Assembly: GCF_053078305.1 (NCBI RefSeq)
Contig: NZ_CP166879.1
Reading direction: 5' to 3' (one strand)
DNA: 64,000 nucleotides
The notes under the pieces are model-generated. The model was not told the DNA's origin, did no database searches, and worked only from the letters and a program-made list of their open reading frames with translations. Made by a program: the position numbers and the translations under genes. Positions 40,710 to 52,509 of this stretch are shown here, one piece after another (the first letter of the stretch is position 1; each line of letters starts with the position of its first letter).

Positions 40710-42848
40710 ATGACACCGCATGTGATGAAACGAGACGGCTGCAAAGTGCCGTTTAAATCAGAGCGCATCAAAGAAGCGATTCTGCGTGCAGCTAAAGCAG
40801 CGGAAGTCGATGATGCCGATTATTGCGCCACTGTTGCTGCAGTTGTCAGCGAGCAGATGCAGGGCCGCAACCAGGTGGATATCAATGAGATCCAGACCGC
40901 TGTTGAAAACCAGCTGATGTCAGGTCCATACAAACAACTGGCTCGTGCTTACATCGAGTACCGTCACGATCGCGACATTGAACGTGAAAAACGCGGTCGC
41001 CTGAACCAGGAGATCCGTGGTCTGGTCGAGCAGACCAACGCCTCGTTACTCAACGAAAACGCCAACAAAGACAGCAAGGTGATTCCAACCCAGCGCGACC
41101 TGCTGGCCGGGATCGTGGCTAAACACTATGCACGTCAGCACCTGCTGCCGCGTGACGTGGTGCAGGCACATGAGCGTGGCGATATTCACTATCACGATCT
41201 CGATTACTCACCGTTTTTCCCGATGTTCAACTGCATGTTGATCGACCTGAAAGGCATGCTGACCCAGGGCTTTAAAATGGGGAACGCCGAGATTGAACCG
41301 CCGAAGTCGATCTCTACGGCAACCGCGGTAACTGCGCAGATTATTGCTCAGGTCGCCAGCCATATTTATGGCGGCACCACCATTAACCGTATCGATGAAG
41401 TGCTGGCACCGTTTGTCACCGCCAGCTACAACAAACATCGCAAGACCGCAGAAGAGTGGAACATCCCGGACGCCGAAGGCTACGCTAACTCTCGTACCAT
41501 TAAAGAGTGCTACGATGCCTTCCAGTCGCTGGAGTACGAAGTAAACACCCTGCACACCGCCAACGGTCAGACGCCGTTTGTAACCTTTGGTTTTGGTCTG
41601 GGCACCAGCTGGGAGTCGCGCCTGATTCAGGAATCTATCCTGCGTAACCGTATCGCAGGCCTCGGTAAAAACCGTAAAACTGCGGTGTTCCCGAAACTGG
41701 TGTTTGCGATTCGCGATGGCCAGAACCATAAAAAAGGCGATCCGAACTACGACATCAAACAGCTGGCGCTGGAGTGCGCAAGCAAGCGCATGTATCCGGA
41801 TATCCTGAACTACGATCAGGTAGTGAAAGTCACCGGTTCGTTTAAAACTCCGATGGGCTGCCGCAGCTTCCTCGGCGTGTGGGAAAATGAAAACGGCGAG
41901 CAGATCCACGATGGTCGTAACAACCTCGGCGTGATCAGCCTGAACCTGCCGCGTATTGCTCTGGAAGCAAAAGGCGATGAAGCCACCTTCTGGAAGCTGC
42001 TGGATGAACGTCTGGTGCTGGCACGTAAGGCGCTGATGACCCGTATCGCTCGTCTCGAAGGCGTGAAAGCGCGCGTGGCCCCGATCCTCTATATGGAAGG
42101 TGCTTGTGGCGTGCGTCTCAATGCTGACGATGATGTTTCTGAAATCTTCAAAAACGGTCGTGCGTCTATTTCGCTGGGTTACATCGGCATCCACGAAACC
42201 ATTAACGCGCTGTTCGGCGGCGAGCATGTTTACGACAACGAGCAGCTTCGCGCGAAAGGTATCGCCATTGTTGAACGTCTGCGTCAGGCAGTGGATCAGT
42301 GGAAAGAAGAAACGGGTTATGGTTTCAGTCTCTACAGCACGCCGAGTGAAAACCTGTGCGATCGCTTCTGCCGTCTCGATACTGCTGAGTTTGGCGTGGT
42401 GCCGGGCGTGACCGATAAAGGTTACTACACCAACAGTTTCCACCTCGATGTGGAGAAGAAGGTGAACCCGTACGACAAGATCGACTTTGAAGCACCTTAC
42501 CCGCCGCTGGCGAACGGTGGTTTCATTTGCTACGGCGAGTATCCAAACATTCAGCACAACCTGAAGGCGCTGGAAGATGTCTGGGATTACAGCTATCAGC
42601 ATGTACCGTATTACGGCACCAATACACCGATTGATGAGTGCTACGAGTGTGGCTTTACCGGTGAGTTCGAGTGCACCAGCAAAGGCTTCACTTGCCCGAA
42701 ATGTGGTAACCATGACGCCTCCCGTGTGTCGGTAACTCGCCGCGTGTGCGGATATTTAGGTAGCCCGGATGCACGTCCGTTTAACGCTGGTAAGCAGGAA
42801 GAAGTTAAGCGCCGCGTTAAACATTTGGGAAATGGGCAGATAGGTTGA
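40710..42848 (+). CDS. nrdD: Anaerobic ribonucleoside-triphosphate reductase
   Basis: 712 aa with an ATP-cone N-terminus, a C-terminal Zn site (CYECGF...CPKCG) and the glycyl-radical motif RVCGYLG. Confidence 0.98.
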   Translation: MTPHVMKRDGCKVPFKSERIKEAILRAAKAAEVDDADYCATVAAVVSEQMQGRNQVDINEIQTAVENQLMSGPYKQLARAYIEYRHDRDIEREKRGRLNQEIRGLVEQTNASLLNENANKDSKVIPTQRDLLAGIVAKHYARQHLLPRDVVQAHERGDIHYHDLDYSPFFPMFNCMLIDLKGMLTQGFKMGNAEIEPPKSISTATAVTAQIIAQVASHIYGGTTINRIDEVLAPFVTASYNKHRKTAEEWNIPDAEGYANSRTIKECYDAFQSLEYEVNTLHTANGQTPFVTFGFGLGTSWESRLIQESILRNRIAGLGKNRKTAVFPKLVFAIRDGQNHKKGDPNYDIKQLALECASKRMYPDILNYDQVVKVTGSFKTPMGCRSFLGVWENENGEQIHDGRNNLGVISLNLPRIALEAKGDEATFWKLLDERLVLARKALMTRIARLEGVKARVAPILYMEGACGVRLNADDDVSEIFKNGRASISLGYIGIHETINALFGGEHVYDNEQLRAKGIAIVERLRQAVDQWKEETGYGFSLYSTPSENLCDRFCRLDTAEFGVVPGVTDKGYYTNSFHLDVEKKVNPYDKIDFEAPYPPLANGGFICYGEYPNIQHNLKALEDVWDYSYQHVPYYGTNTPIDECYECGFTGEFECTSKGFTCPKCGNHDASRVSVTRRVCGYLGSPDARPFNAGKQEEVKRRVKHLGNGQIG

Positions 42849-42863
42849 TCTGCACTAAGCAAA

Positions 42864-43025
<162 letters not shown>

Positions 43026-43037
43026 CCAGGCGAAATA

Positions 43038-43502
43038 ATGAATTATCATCAGTACTATCCTGTCGACATCGTCAACGGCCCCGGCACTCGTTGCACCCTG
43101 TTTGTCTCCGGGTGTGTTCATGAATGCCCCGGTTGCTATAACAAAAGCACATGGCGGGTAAATTCCGGTCAGCCATTTACCAAAGCAATGGAAGACCAGA
43201 TCATTAACGATCTGAATGACACTCGTATCAAACGCCAGGGTATTTCCCTCTCCGGCGGCGATCCGCTGCATCCGCAAAACGTGCCGGATATTCTGAAACT
43301 GGTACAACGCATCCGCGCCGAGTGTCCGGGTAAAGACATCTGGGTGTGGACAGGCTATAAACTCGACGAACTCAACGCTGCGCAAATGCAGGTTGTTGAT
43401 TTGATTAACGTGCTGGTCGACGGCAAATTTGTGCAGGATTTAAAAGACCCTTCCCTGATCTGGCGCGGCAGCAGCAATCAGGTGGTGCATCATTTGCGAT
43501 GA
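43038..43502 (+). CDS. nrdG: Anaerobic RNR activating enzyme (radical SAM), 154 aa from MNYHQYYPVDIVNGPG
   Basis: Cluster motif CVHECPGC. The ORF-track start at 42993 lies inside the REP region. Confidence 0.96.
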   Translation: MNYHQYYPVDIVNGPGTRCTLFVSGCVHECPGCYNKSTWRVNSGQPFTKAMEDQIINDLNDTRIKRQGISLSGGDPLHPQNVPDILKLVQRIRAECPGKDIWVWTGYKLDELNAAQMQVVDLINVLVDGKFVQDLKDPSLIWRGSSNQVVHHLR

Positions 43503-43546
43503 TAAGTTCCCTGTTACCTGAGTGCAGGCAACAGGGAAATGAGGAA

Positions 43547-43936
<390 letters not shown>

Positions 43937-44116
43937 TCACTTCCTTTTTTATTTACACTTCATCCTTCACACTGCCTCATCGACGACTACGCTCATTCGA
44001 CCGGGTCACGTACTGCGAGTACGCTCCCCGGCCCTCATTCACTTTCCGTCTCGATGCAGTGCGAATGATTTTGTGTAATTTTTTAGTTTATAGCGCGGCA
44101 GGTCGCGCCAGTTTTT

Positions 44117-45469
44117 TTACTGTCCGGCGATTTTCATCTCCGGCAACAGCACAGAACCACACTGTATATTACTGCGTGTTTCAATATCGTTACCGACGGT
44201 GACAATATTGCGCCACATATCTTTTAAATTACCTGCGATGGTGATTTCGCTAACCGGATACTGAATTTCGCCGTTTTCTACCCAGAAGCCCGCCGCACCA
44301 CGGGAATAATCACCGGTAATTGCACTCACGCCCTGGCCCATCAATTCCGTCACCACCAGCCCGGTGCCCATCTCTTTGAGCATCTGCTCGAAGCTTAGAC
44401 CTTGTCCGGCAATCCGCCAGTTGTGAATACCGCCCGCATGTCCGGTGCTTTTCAGCCCCAGTTTTCGCGCCGAATAGCTGGTCAGCAGCCACTGAGTCAG
44501 GATGCCATCTTTAATAATATCGCGACGCTCGGTGCGCACACCTTCGCTGTCGAATGGCGTCGACGCCAGCCCTTTCAGCAGATGCGGATGCTCTTCAATG
44601 GTCAGCCAGTCCGGCAGAATTTGTTTACCCAGCGAATCCAGCAGGAAGGTAGATTTACGGTAAACCGATCCACCCGCTATCGCCCCCACCAGATGGCCAA
44701 AAAGCCCGGTTGCCACTTCATTGGCAAAAATGACCGGCGCTTTCATGGTGGAGAGTTTACGCGGTGACAGGCGCGATAAAGTACGGCGAGCACAGTCGGC
44801 CCCAACCCACTCTGGCGTTTGCAGATCGCTCATCGCACGACCAATGGTGTAGGCGTAATCACGCTCCATATCGCCATTTTCTTCGGCAATTACACAGCTG
44901 GAGAGCGAATGACGCGTAGAGCAGTAACCCTGCAACATGCCGTGGCTGTTGCCAAAAACTTTGACACCGTAGTGGCTGTTAAAGCTGCCGCCTTCGGTAT
45001 TGGTAATACGTTTGTCCGCCTGTAATGCTGCCTGTTCTGCGCGGGCCGCCAGTTCAATGGCTTCATCCGGGGAAACTTCCGCAGGGTGGAACAAGTCGAG
45101 ATCCGGTGCGTCAAAGGCCAGCAGCTCTTTGTCTGCCACGCCGGCACAGGGATCTGGCGAGGTATAACGGGCAATATCCAGCGCCGCCTGTACAGTACGG
45201 GCAATGGCCTGCGGGCTTAAATCGGTGGATGATGCGCTACCTTTGCGGTTCTGGTGATAAACAGTGATCCCCAGCGCGCCATCGCTATTGAATTCAACAT
45301 TCTCCACTTCACCATAACGCGTGCTTACGCTAATGCCGGTGGTCTTGCTGACGGCAACTTCCGCACCGTCCGATTTGCCTGAGGCCAACTCCAGCGCAGT
45401 GGAAACTGCTTCTTCCAGAATCTTGCGCTGCGCTTCAACTTGAGAGATTACTTTCATTGCAAGTGCCAT
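44117..45469 (-). CDS. pmbA: Metalloprotease PmbA/TldE
   Basis: 450 aa, [30 protein letters not shown]. Confidence 0.96.
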
Positions 45470-45562
45470 AATGTAGAGAGTTTCTCTGAAGTCTAACAGA
45501 GAACCGTTTTTCAGTGCGCATCTTAACTGGTAACATTAGCCTCTTTTTTTAAGGAGCCTGAG

Positions 45563-46114
45563 ATGACTAAGCAGCCCGAAGACTGGCTCGACGACGTTCC
45601 CGGTGATGACATCGAAGACGAAGACGATGAAATTATCTGGGTCAGTAAAAGTGAAATTAAACGTGATGCCGAGGAGCTAAAACGCCTTGGCGCGGAAATT
45701 GTTGATCTGGGGAAAAACGCGCTGGATAAGATCCCGTTAGATGCGGATCTGCGCGCGGCTATTGAGCTCGCCCAGCGTATTAAGATGGAAGGTCGCCGCC
45801 GCCAGTTGCAGCTCATCGGTAAGATGCTGCGCCAGCGCGATGTAGAGCCTATTCGTCAGGCGCTGGATAAGCTGAAAAACCGTCACAACCAGCAGGTGGT
45901 GCTGTTCCATAAACTGGAAAACCTGCGTGATCGTCTGATCGATCAAGGTGATGACGCCATCGCTGAGGTATTAAATCTGTGGCCCGATGCCGATCGTCAG
46001 CAACTGCGTACTCTGATCCGCAACGCGAAGAAAGAGAAAGAAGGGAATAAGCCGCCGAAATCCGCACGCCAGATTTTCCAGTATCTGCGCGAACTGGCGG
46101 AGAATGAAGGGTAA
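45563..46114 (+). CDS. yjgA: Ribosome-associated DUF615 protein (DarP)
   Basis: 183 aa with an acidic N-terminus. It is divergent from pmbA. Confidence 0.93.
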
Positions 46115-46140
46115 TTTTCGTTGTTGATGTGAGTATGGTT

Positions 46141-46245
46141 TGCCGGATGCGGTGCACCTGTAGGCCTGATAAGACGCATCAAGCGTCGCATCAGGCACTA
46201 TGCTCAAATGCCGGATGCGGCGTGAACGCCTTATCCGGCCTACGC
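46141..46245. repeat. BIME / REP pair
   Basis: TGCCGGATGCGGTGCACCTGTAGGCCTGATAAGACGCATCAAGCGTCGCATCAGGC ... GCCGGATGCGGCGTGAACGCCTTATCCGGCCTAC. Confidence 0.88.
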
Positions 46246-46269
46246 ACACTATATCTGGCTAAGGCCGAA

Positions 46270-47643
46270 TTACTGCGCGGCTTCCGCCTTCTTCGCCAGC
46301 CCATCCAGCAGTTTCTGATGGATCCCACCAAAACCGCCGTTGCTCATCACCAGAATATGGTCGCCAGGCTGAGCGGTTTTCACCACCATATCTGCCAGCG
46401 TATCCACATCGCCACTCCAGTGTGCAGGCTGAACGCAGGCTTCTGCCACTTCTGCCACCTGCCACGGAATATGCGCCGGTTGCAGCAGGAAGACTTCATC
46501 GGCACGACCTAATGAAGGTGCCAAATCGTCTTTGCAGATCCCCATTTTCATGGTATTCGAGCGCGGTTCCAGCACAGCAATAATGCGCGCCGTACCACCA
46601 ACTTTGCCACGCAGCGCCGCCAGCGTTGCCAGAATCGCCGTCGGGTGATGGGCAAAATCGTCATATACCGTGACGCCATTCGCTTCACCACGCAACTCCA
46701 GACGGCGACGAGCATTAATAAACGAACCCAGCGCGTTAGTGGCATCTGCCGGCGCTACACCAACATGGCGAGCCGCTGCAATCGCCATCAGGCCATTGTG
46801 CATATTATGTTCGCCTACCAGCGACCATTTCACTTCGCCCACTTTTTCGCCATCCAGCAAAACTTCCCATTCGGAAGCATCGGTGGTCAGCTTTTTCGCC
46901 TGCCAGTGACCCTGCTCACCCACCAGCTCCTGCTCGCTCCAGCAGCCCATCGCCATGGTCTGTTTCAGGTTGATGTCATTTTCCGGCCAGATAATACGGC
47001 CCTGCCCCGGAACGATACGCACCAGATGGTGGAACTGTTTCTGGATCGCTTTCAGGTCGTCAAAGATATCGGCGTGATCGAACTCAAGGTTGTTGAGGAT
47101 CAGCGTACGCGGGCAGTAATGGACAAATTTAGAGCGTTTGTCGAAGAAGGCGCAGTCGTACTCATCCGCTTCGATAACAAAGAAGTCGCTTTCGCCCAGA
47201 CGCGCCGAAACCTCAAAGTTCCCCGGCACACCGCCGATTACAAAGCCCGGTTTGTAACCACACTGTTCCAGAATCCAGGTCGCCATTCCCGCGGTGGTGG
47301 TTTTGCCGTGTGTACCGGCAACGGCCAGCACCCAGCGGTCGCGCAGCACAAAATCGTGCAGCCACTGTGGACCTGACATATAAGGGATGTTTTTTTCCAG
47401 TACCGCTTCCACACACGGATTTCCACGGGTCATGGCGTTGCCAATAATCACCAGATCCGGCTGCGGGTCGAGCTGGCTGGCATCGTACCCCTGAATCAGC
47501 TCAATGCCTTGCTTCTCAAGTAAGGTGCTCATCGGCGGATACACATTGGCGTCCGAACCCGTTACTTCATGGCCTAACTGGCGCGCCAGCATCGCCAGAC
47601 CGCCCATAAACGTGCCACAAATTCCTAAAATATGAATGCGCAT
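46270..47643 (-). CDS. mpl: UDP-N-acetylmuramate:L-alanyl-gamma-D-glutamyl-meso-DAP ligase (murein peptide ligase)
   Basis: 457 aa, Mur ligase family ([25 protein letters not shown]). Confidence 0.96.
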
Positions 47644-47818
47644 ACGTCACTATCCTTTTTTAATCTGCCGCTCATTTTACGCATATGTCGGGCAAGTGAG
47701 AAACGCATTTCAGGATAATCCGCAATTTGCTGGCGCGATTCACCTGAGCGCAACATTGAGATTATTTGTTAAGATTGTTGCGGTCGCTTTACTCCATAAA
47801 CATTGCAGGGAAAGTTTT

Positions 47819-48817
47819 ATGAAAACGTTAGGTGAATTTATTGTCGAAAAGCAGCACGAGTTTTCTCATGCTACCGGTGAGCTCACTGCTTTGCTGTCGG
47901 CAATAAAACTGGGCGCCAAGATTATCCATCGCGATATCAACAAAGCAGGACTGGTTGATATCCTGGGTGCCAGCGGTGCTGAGAACGTGCAGGGCGAGGT
48001 TCAGCAGAAACTCGACTTGTTCGCTAATGAAAAACTGAAAGCCGCACTGAAAGCACGCGATATCGTTGCGGGCATTGCCTCTGAAGAAGAAGATGAGATT
48101 GTCGTCTTTGAAGGCTGTGAACACGCAAAATACGTGGTGCTGATGGACCCACTGGATGGCTCGTCCAACATCGATGTTAACGTCTCTGTCGGTACCATTT
48201 TCTCCATCTACCGCCGCGTTACGCCTGTTGGCACGCCGGTAACGGAAGAAGATTTCCTCCAGCCTGGTAACAAACAGGTTGCGGCAGGTTACGTGGTATA
48301 CGGCTCCTCTACCATGCTGGTTTACACCACCGGATGCGGTGTTCACGCCTTTACTTACGATCCTTCGCTCGGCGTTTTCTGCCTGTGCCAGGAACGGATG
48401 CGCTTCCCGGAGAAAGGCAAAACCTACTCCATCAACGAAGGAAACTACATTAAGTTTCCGAACGGGGTGAAGAAGTACATTAAATTCTGCCAGGAAGAAG
48501 ATAAGTCCACCAACCGCCCTTATACCTCACGTTATATCGGTTCACTGGTCGCGGATTTCCACCGTAACCTACTGAAAGGCGGTATTTATCTCTACCCAAG
48601 CACCGCCAGCCACCCGGACGGCAAACTGCGTTTGCTGTATGAGTGCAACCCGATGGCATTCCTGGCGGAACAAGCGGGCGGTAAAGCGAGCGATGGCAAA
48701 GAGCGTATTCTGGATATTATCCCGGAAACCCTGCACCAGCGCCGTTCGTTCTTTGTCGGCAACGACCATATGGTTGAAGATGTCGAACGCTTTATCCGTG
48801 AGTTCCCGGACGCGTAA
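47819..48817 (+). CDS. fbp: Fructose-1,6-bisphosphatase class 1 (332 aa from [15 protein letters not shown])
   Basis: Matches Fbp. The ORF-track start at 47636 is a 61-codon extension across the mpl-fbp promoter region. Confidence 0.96.
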
Positions 48818-48824
48818 TCTCCTG

Positions 48825-48851
48825 CGCCTCTCCACACGGAGAGGCGTTTTT
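48825..48851. terminator. Bidirectional terminator between fbp and yjfF
   Basis: GCCTCTCC ACAC GGAGAGGC followed by TTTTT. It overlaps the yjfF stop codon. Confidence 0.85.
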
Positions 48852-49845
48852 ATCGCTGCGCAATGTTGACTCTTGTCACTGGCGAACTCTGACGATTCTC
48901 CCACAGCACCGTTAATCCACGCTGTAATGCTATAAAAATAAACAACAAAATACCGATGGCGATTTTCGTCCACCATGAGCTCAGCGTGCCATCAAAGTTT
49001 ATGTAAGTCTGAATCAGTCCCTGAATCGCCACGCCAAAAAGCGTCCCTAATACCGTTCCAACGCCACCGCTCAAAAGCGTACCGCCAATCACCACTGAGG
49101 CGATAGCGTCCAGTTCCACACCTACGCCCGCCAGCGCATATCCGGCCTGGGTATAAATCGAGAAGACAATCCCCGCCAGCGTTGCCAGTCCGGTGGAGAG
49201 CATATAAATGCGAATAGTAGTGCTACGGGTAGAAATCCCCATCAGGTTTGCCGACGTCGCATTGCCGCCAATGGCGTATACCTGATTACCAAAACGGGTA
49301 CGATGCGCGAGGAATATGCCGATAACCACCACCGCCAGCATCAGCAGCCCCATCGCACTTAAGCGACCGCCGCCAGGGATTTTCCATGCAAGGCTTGAGA
49401 GCGTGTCATAAACAGGATGGTTTATCGGGATCGACTCTTCCGAAACGAGGTAGCTGACGCCGCGCAAAAAGAACATCCCCGCCAGGGTAATGATAAATGC
49501 CGGGATCTTCAGGGCGTCGATCAAAAGCCCCATAAATGCGCCAAAGGCACAGCCCATTACCAGCACCAGCGGAAACGCCAGCAGCGGTGAGAGACCGAAA
49601 TCTCCAATCACTTTTGCCAGAAACACGCCGGTAAAGGCGATCACCGAACCGACGGAGAGATCGATCCCACCGGAGAGGATCACAAAGGTCATGCCAACGG
49701 CAATGATCCCCAGAAAGGCGTTATCGGTCAGGATATTGCAGATCACTCTTGTGGAAGCAAAACCGGGAAACTGGGTCAGGCAGTAAAGATAACCCAACAC
49801 AAAGACGCCGATGGTGATCATCAGTGGCAAATTACGTTTTATCAC
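48850..49845 (-). CDS. yjfF: Galactofuranose ABC transporter permease
   Basis: 331 aa polytopic protein. Its start overlaps the ytfT end by 14 nt. Confidence 0.94.
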   Translation of the reverse strand: MIKRNLPLMITIGVFVLGYLYCLTQFPGFASTRVICNILTDNAFLGIIAVGMTFVILSGGIDLSVGSVIAFTGVFLAKVIGDFGLSPLLAFPLVLVMGCAFGAFMGLLIDALKIPAFIITLAGMFFLRGVSYLVSEESIPINHPVYDTLSSLAWKIPGGGRLSAMGLLMLAVVVIGIFLAHRTRFGNQVYAIGGNATSANLMGISTRSTTIRIYMLSTGLATLAGIVFSIYTQAGYALAGVGVELDAIASVVIGGTLLSGGVGTVLGTLFGVAIQGLIQTYINFDGTLSSWWTKIAIGILLFIFIALQRGLTVLWENRQSSPVTRVNIAQR

Positions 49846-50857
49846 GGCTACGTACTCCTTTAATCAGACTGATAAAGCGTTGCGACTGGACAATCAGCAC
49901 GCAAAGAACCACCACCGCTTTTACAACCTGGTTCATCTCTGGCGGAAAGCCCGAAAGCAAAATTCCGGTGTTCATCCCCTGAATAATCAGCGCCCCCACC
50001 ACCGAAAGTAGCAGGTTAAAGCGCCCGCCCATCAGCGATCCGCCGCCAATCACCACCGCGAGAATGGCGTCCAGCTCCAGCCATAACCCGGCGTTATTGG
50101 CATCGGCACCGCGAATATCCGCCGCCACGATAATGCCCGCAATCGCCGCACACAGCCCGCTCAACACGTAGGTAAGCATGACGATGATCCGCGTGTTTAC
50201 CCCGGCATTTTTTGCCGCCCGAATGTTGATACCAACGGCTTCGATAAACATCCCCAGCGCCGTTTTGCGGGTCAACAGCCAGAACAGGATAAGCGTCAGC
50301 ACCGCGATAATGACCGGCGTTGGCAGGAACAACAGCGATCCACTGCCGAACCATGAGAGATCCGGCGAGTTAAACGTGACGATCTGCCCGGCGGTGATCA
50401 GTTGCGCCACGCCGCGCCCGGCGACCATCAGGATCAGAGTGGCGACAAACGGCTGAATTTTGAGGATCGCTACCAGTATGCCGTTCCACAATCCCGCCAG
50501 GATGCCGGTGCCCAGGGCGCTTAACAAAACAATCGGCAGGCTGAATCCCGCGACCGTCATCGCAGCCGTTGTGGCTCCGGCGATAGCCATCACCGCCCCT
50601 ACGGAGAGATCAATCCCACCGGTGGCGATCACCAGCGTCATGCCAATCGCCAGTAACGCAACGGGAGCTGCACGGTTAAGAATGTCTATGGGGCTACCGA
50701 ACAAACGCCCATCCTGAAGCACCACCTGCCAGAAATGCGGGGCTACCAGGCTATCGACCAGCAGCACCAGCAATAGTGCTACCAGCTGCGGCATCCCCGT
50801 CGGCCAGCGAAAGCGCCTTTTTGGCGTAGTGGTGTCCGGAAGAGATTGAGGCATCAC
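49832..50857 (-). CDS. ytfT: Galactofuranose ABC transporter permease (341 aa from GTG 50857)
   Basis: AAGGAG SD upstream of GTG-ATG at 50857/50854. The choice between the two adjacent starts is uncertain. The ORF-track start at 50878 overlaps ytfR. Confidence 0.9.
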   Translation of the reverse strand: MMPQSLPDTTTPKRRFRWPTGMPQLVALLLVLLVDSLVAPHFWQVVLQDGRLFGSPIDILNRAAPVALLAIGMTLVIATGGIDLSVGAVMAIAGATTAAMTVAGFSLPIVLLSALGTGILAGLWNGILVAILKIQPFVATLILMVAGRGVAQLITAGQIVTFNSPDLSWFGSGSLLFLPTPVIIAVLTLILFWLLTRKTALGMFIEAVGINIRAAKNAGVNTRIIVMLTYVLSGLCAAIAGIIVAADIRGADANNAGLWLELDAILAVVIGGGSLMGGRFNLLLSVVGALIIQGMNTGILLSGFPPEMNQVVKAVVVLCVLIVQSQRFISLIKGVRSRDKT

Positions 50858-50867
50858 ACTGTTCTCC

Positions 50868-52370
50868 TTACGCCGCAATGGCGTTCATGATCGCCGGAAC
50901 GGAAAGCTCTGCCAGCGGGATCTCCGCCACCTGTTTGCGATCGCGCATGATAATCACCCGATCGGCATAGCCCACCAGCTCTTCCAGTTCGGAGGAGATC
51001 ACCAGCAGCGCCAGACCATCGGCGCATAGCGTTTCAATCAGGCGGATGATCTCGGCGTGGGCACCAACATCAATGCCGCGGGTTGGCTCATCGAGGATCA
51101 GAAATTGCGGTCGGGTCAGTAGCCAACGTGAAAGCAACACTTTTTGCTGATTGCCGCCGGAGAGAAATTCAATCGGTTGTTCAGTTGAAGGTGTGCGAAT
51201 GCCAAGCTGGCGGATAAAGCGTTCGGCAATCTCTTGCTGTTCTTTGCGGGAAATGGGACGTAGCCAGCCGCGCTGGGCCTGGAGAGCGAGGATGATATTT
51301 TCCCGCACCGAGGCGGCAGCGATGATGCCATCGGTTTTCCTGTCTTCCGGGCAGAAGCCAATGCCCAGTACCGAAGCCTGATGTGGCGATCGCAGGTTTT
51401 GCGGTTTGCCTTTGATCAACGCAGTGCCGCTGTCAGCAGGTTTGATACCGAAGATCACTTCGGCGGTTTCGGTACGTCCTGATCCCAGCAAGCCAGCCAG
51501 ACCGACGATCTCGCCGGGGCGTACTTCGAGATCAAACGGTGCGATCGTTCCTTTTTTGCCGTAATTTTTGAACGCGGCAACGGGTTTGTCGCTCAACAAT
51601 GTTCGCCCGGCACGCTGTAGCGCGTGGGTATCCAGCTCGCGCCCCAGCATCATTTTTACCAGTTCGATCTGCGGTAGCTCGCACGTTTCCCGACAGCCTA
51701 CGAAACTGCCGTTGCGTAAGACGGTGATCCGATCGCTGACCTGATAGACCTGATCGAGAAAGTGAGTGACAAAAATCAGGCTGACGCCGCGATCGCGCAA
51801 CTGACGCATCAGGTCAAACAGTAACTCCACTTCCTGGGTGTCGAGACTGGCGGTGGGTTCATCGAGGATCAGCACTTTGGCAGAGAGATCGATAGCCCGG
51901 CAAATAGCGACTATTTGCTGCATCGCGACTGAAAAGCGGTTGAGCGGTTCGCGCACGTCGAGGGAGAAACCGTAAGATGCCATCAGTTCGGTGGCGCGCT
52001 TTTCCATCTCTTTGCGGCGTAGAAGGCCGAAGCGTTTGGGTTCGCGGCCTATAAATAGATTATCAGCGACCGACATATTGGGTAGCAGGTTGACTTCCTG
52101 ATAGACGGTGCCAATGCCGAGTTGTTGCGCGTGGGCGGTATTTTTCGGTGAGATAGCCTGGCCTTCCAGCCAGATGGTGCCGCGATCGGCATGGTAAACG
52201 CCGGTAAGTGCTTTGATTAGCGTTGATTTTCCCGCTCCGTTTTCACCGAGCAGCGCCATGATTTCGCCACGGCGCAGGCTGAAATCAACGTTGTCTAACG
52301 CTTTAACGCCGGGGAAAAATTTACTTAATCCTTCGGTGCGGAGGATTTCCTGGTGTTGGTCGTTCGTCAT
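50868..52370 (-). CDS. ytfR: Galactofuranose ABC transporter ATP-binding protein (duplicated ABC domains)
   Basis: 500 aa with Walker A GENGAGKST, the signature LSGGNQQK, and a second degenerate cassette. Confidence 0.95.
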   Translation of the reverse strand: MTNDQHQEILRTEGLSKFFPGVKALDNVDFSLRRGEIMALLGENGAGKSTLIKALTGVYHADRGTIWLEGQAISPKNTAHAQQLGIGTVYQEVNLLPNMSVADNLFIGREPKRFGLLRRKEMEKRATELMASYGFSLDVREPLNRFSVAMQQIVAICRAIDLSAKVLILDEPTASLDTQEVELLFDLMRQLRDRGVSLIFVTHFLDQVYQVSDRITVLRNGSFVGCRETCELPQIELVKMMLGRELDTHALQRAGRTLLSDKPVAAFKNYGKKGTIAPFDLEVRPGEIVGLAGLLGSGRTETAEVIFGIKPADSGTALIKGKPQNLRSPHQASVLGIGFCPEDRKTDGIIAAASVRENIILALQAQRGWLRPISRKEQQEIAERFIRQLGIRTPSTEQPIEFLSGGNQQKVLLSRWLLTRPQFLILDEPTRGIDVGAHAEIIRLIETLCADGLALLVISSELEELVGYADRVIIMRDRKQVAEIPLAELSVPAIMNAIAA

Positions 52371-52399
52371 GGTTTCCCCCGGTGTAAAGCGTGCTCCCA

Positions 52400-52485
52400 G
52401 TAGGCATGATAAGACGCGGTAAGCGTCGCATCAGGCTTCAGTGCACCATCGCCGGATGCGGCGCGAGCGCCTTATCCGGCCTACG
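52400..52485. repeat. BIME / REP pair
   Basis: TAGGCATGATAAGACGCGGTAAGCGTCGCATCAGGC ... GCCGGATGCGGCGCGAGCGCCTTATCCGGCCTAC. Confidence 0.88.
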
Positions 52486-52509
52486 AATCGGCATCAGGCA
52501 TAGCAACCC

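Noticed and set aside
41208-42713. 501-aa ORF antisense to nrdD
   Set aside because: The explanation is the same. nrdD on the plus strand has diagnostic glycyl-radical and Zn-site motifs, while the antisense product has none and no SD or promoter context.
47636-48817. N-terminally extended ORF-track versions of fbp (393 aa). The same applies to treC (600 aa from 38514), msrA (234 aa from 61186), bdcA (263 aa from 29240), ridA (152 aa from 32385), ahr, idnR, yjgN, ytfK and nrdG.
   Set aside because: The internal ATG starts have proper SD sequences and give the known protein N-termini. The extensions cross promoters, REP elements or upstream genes.
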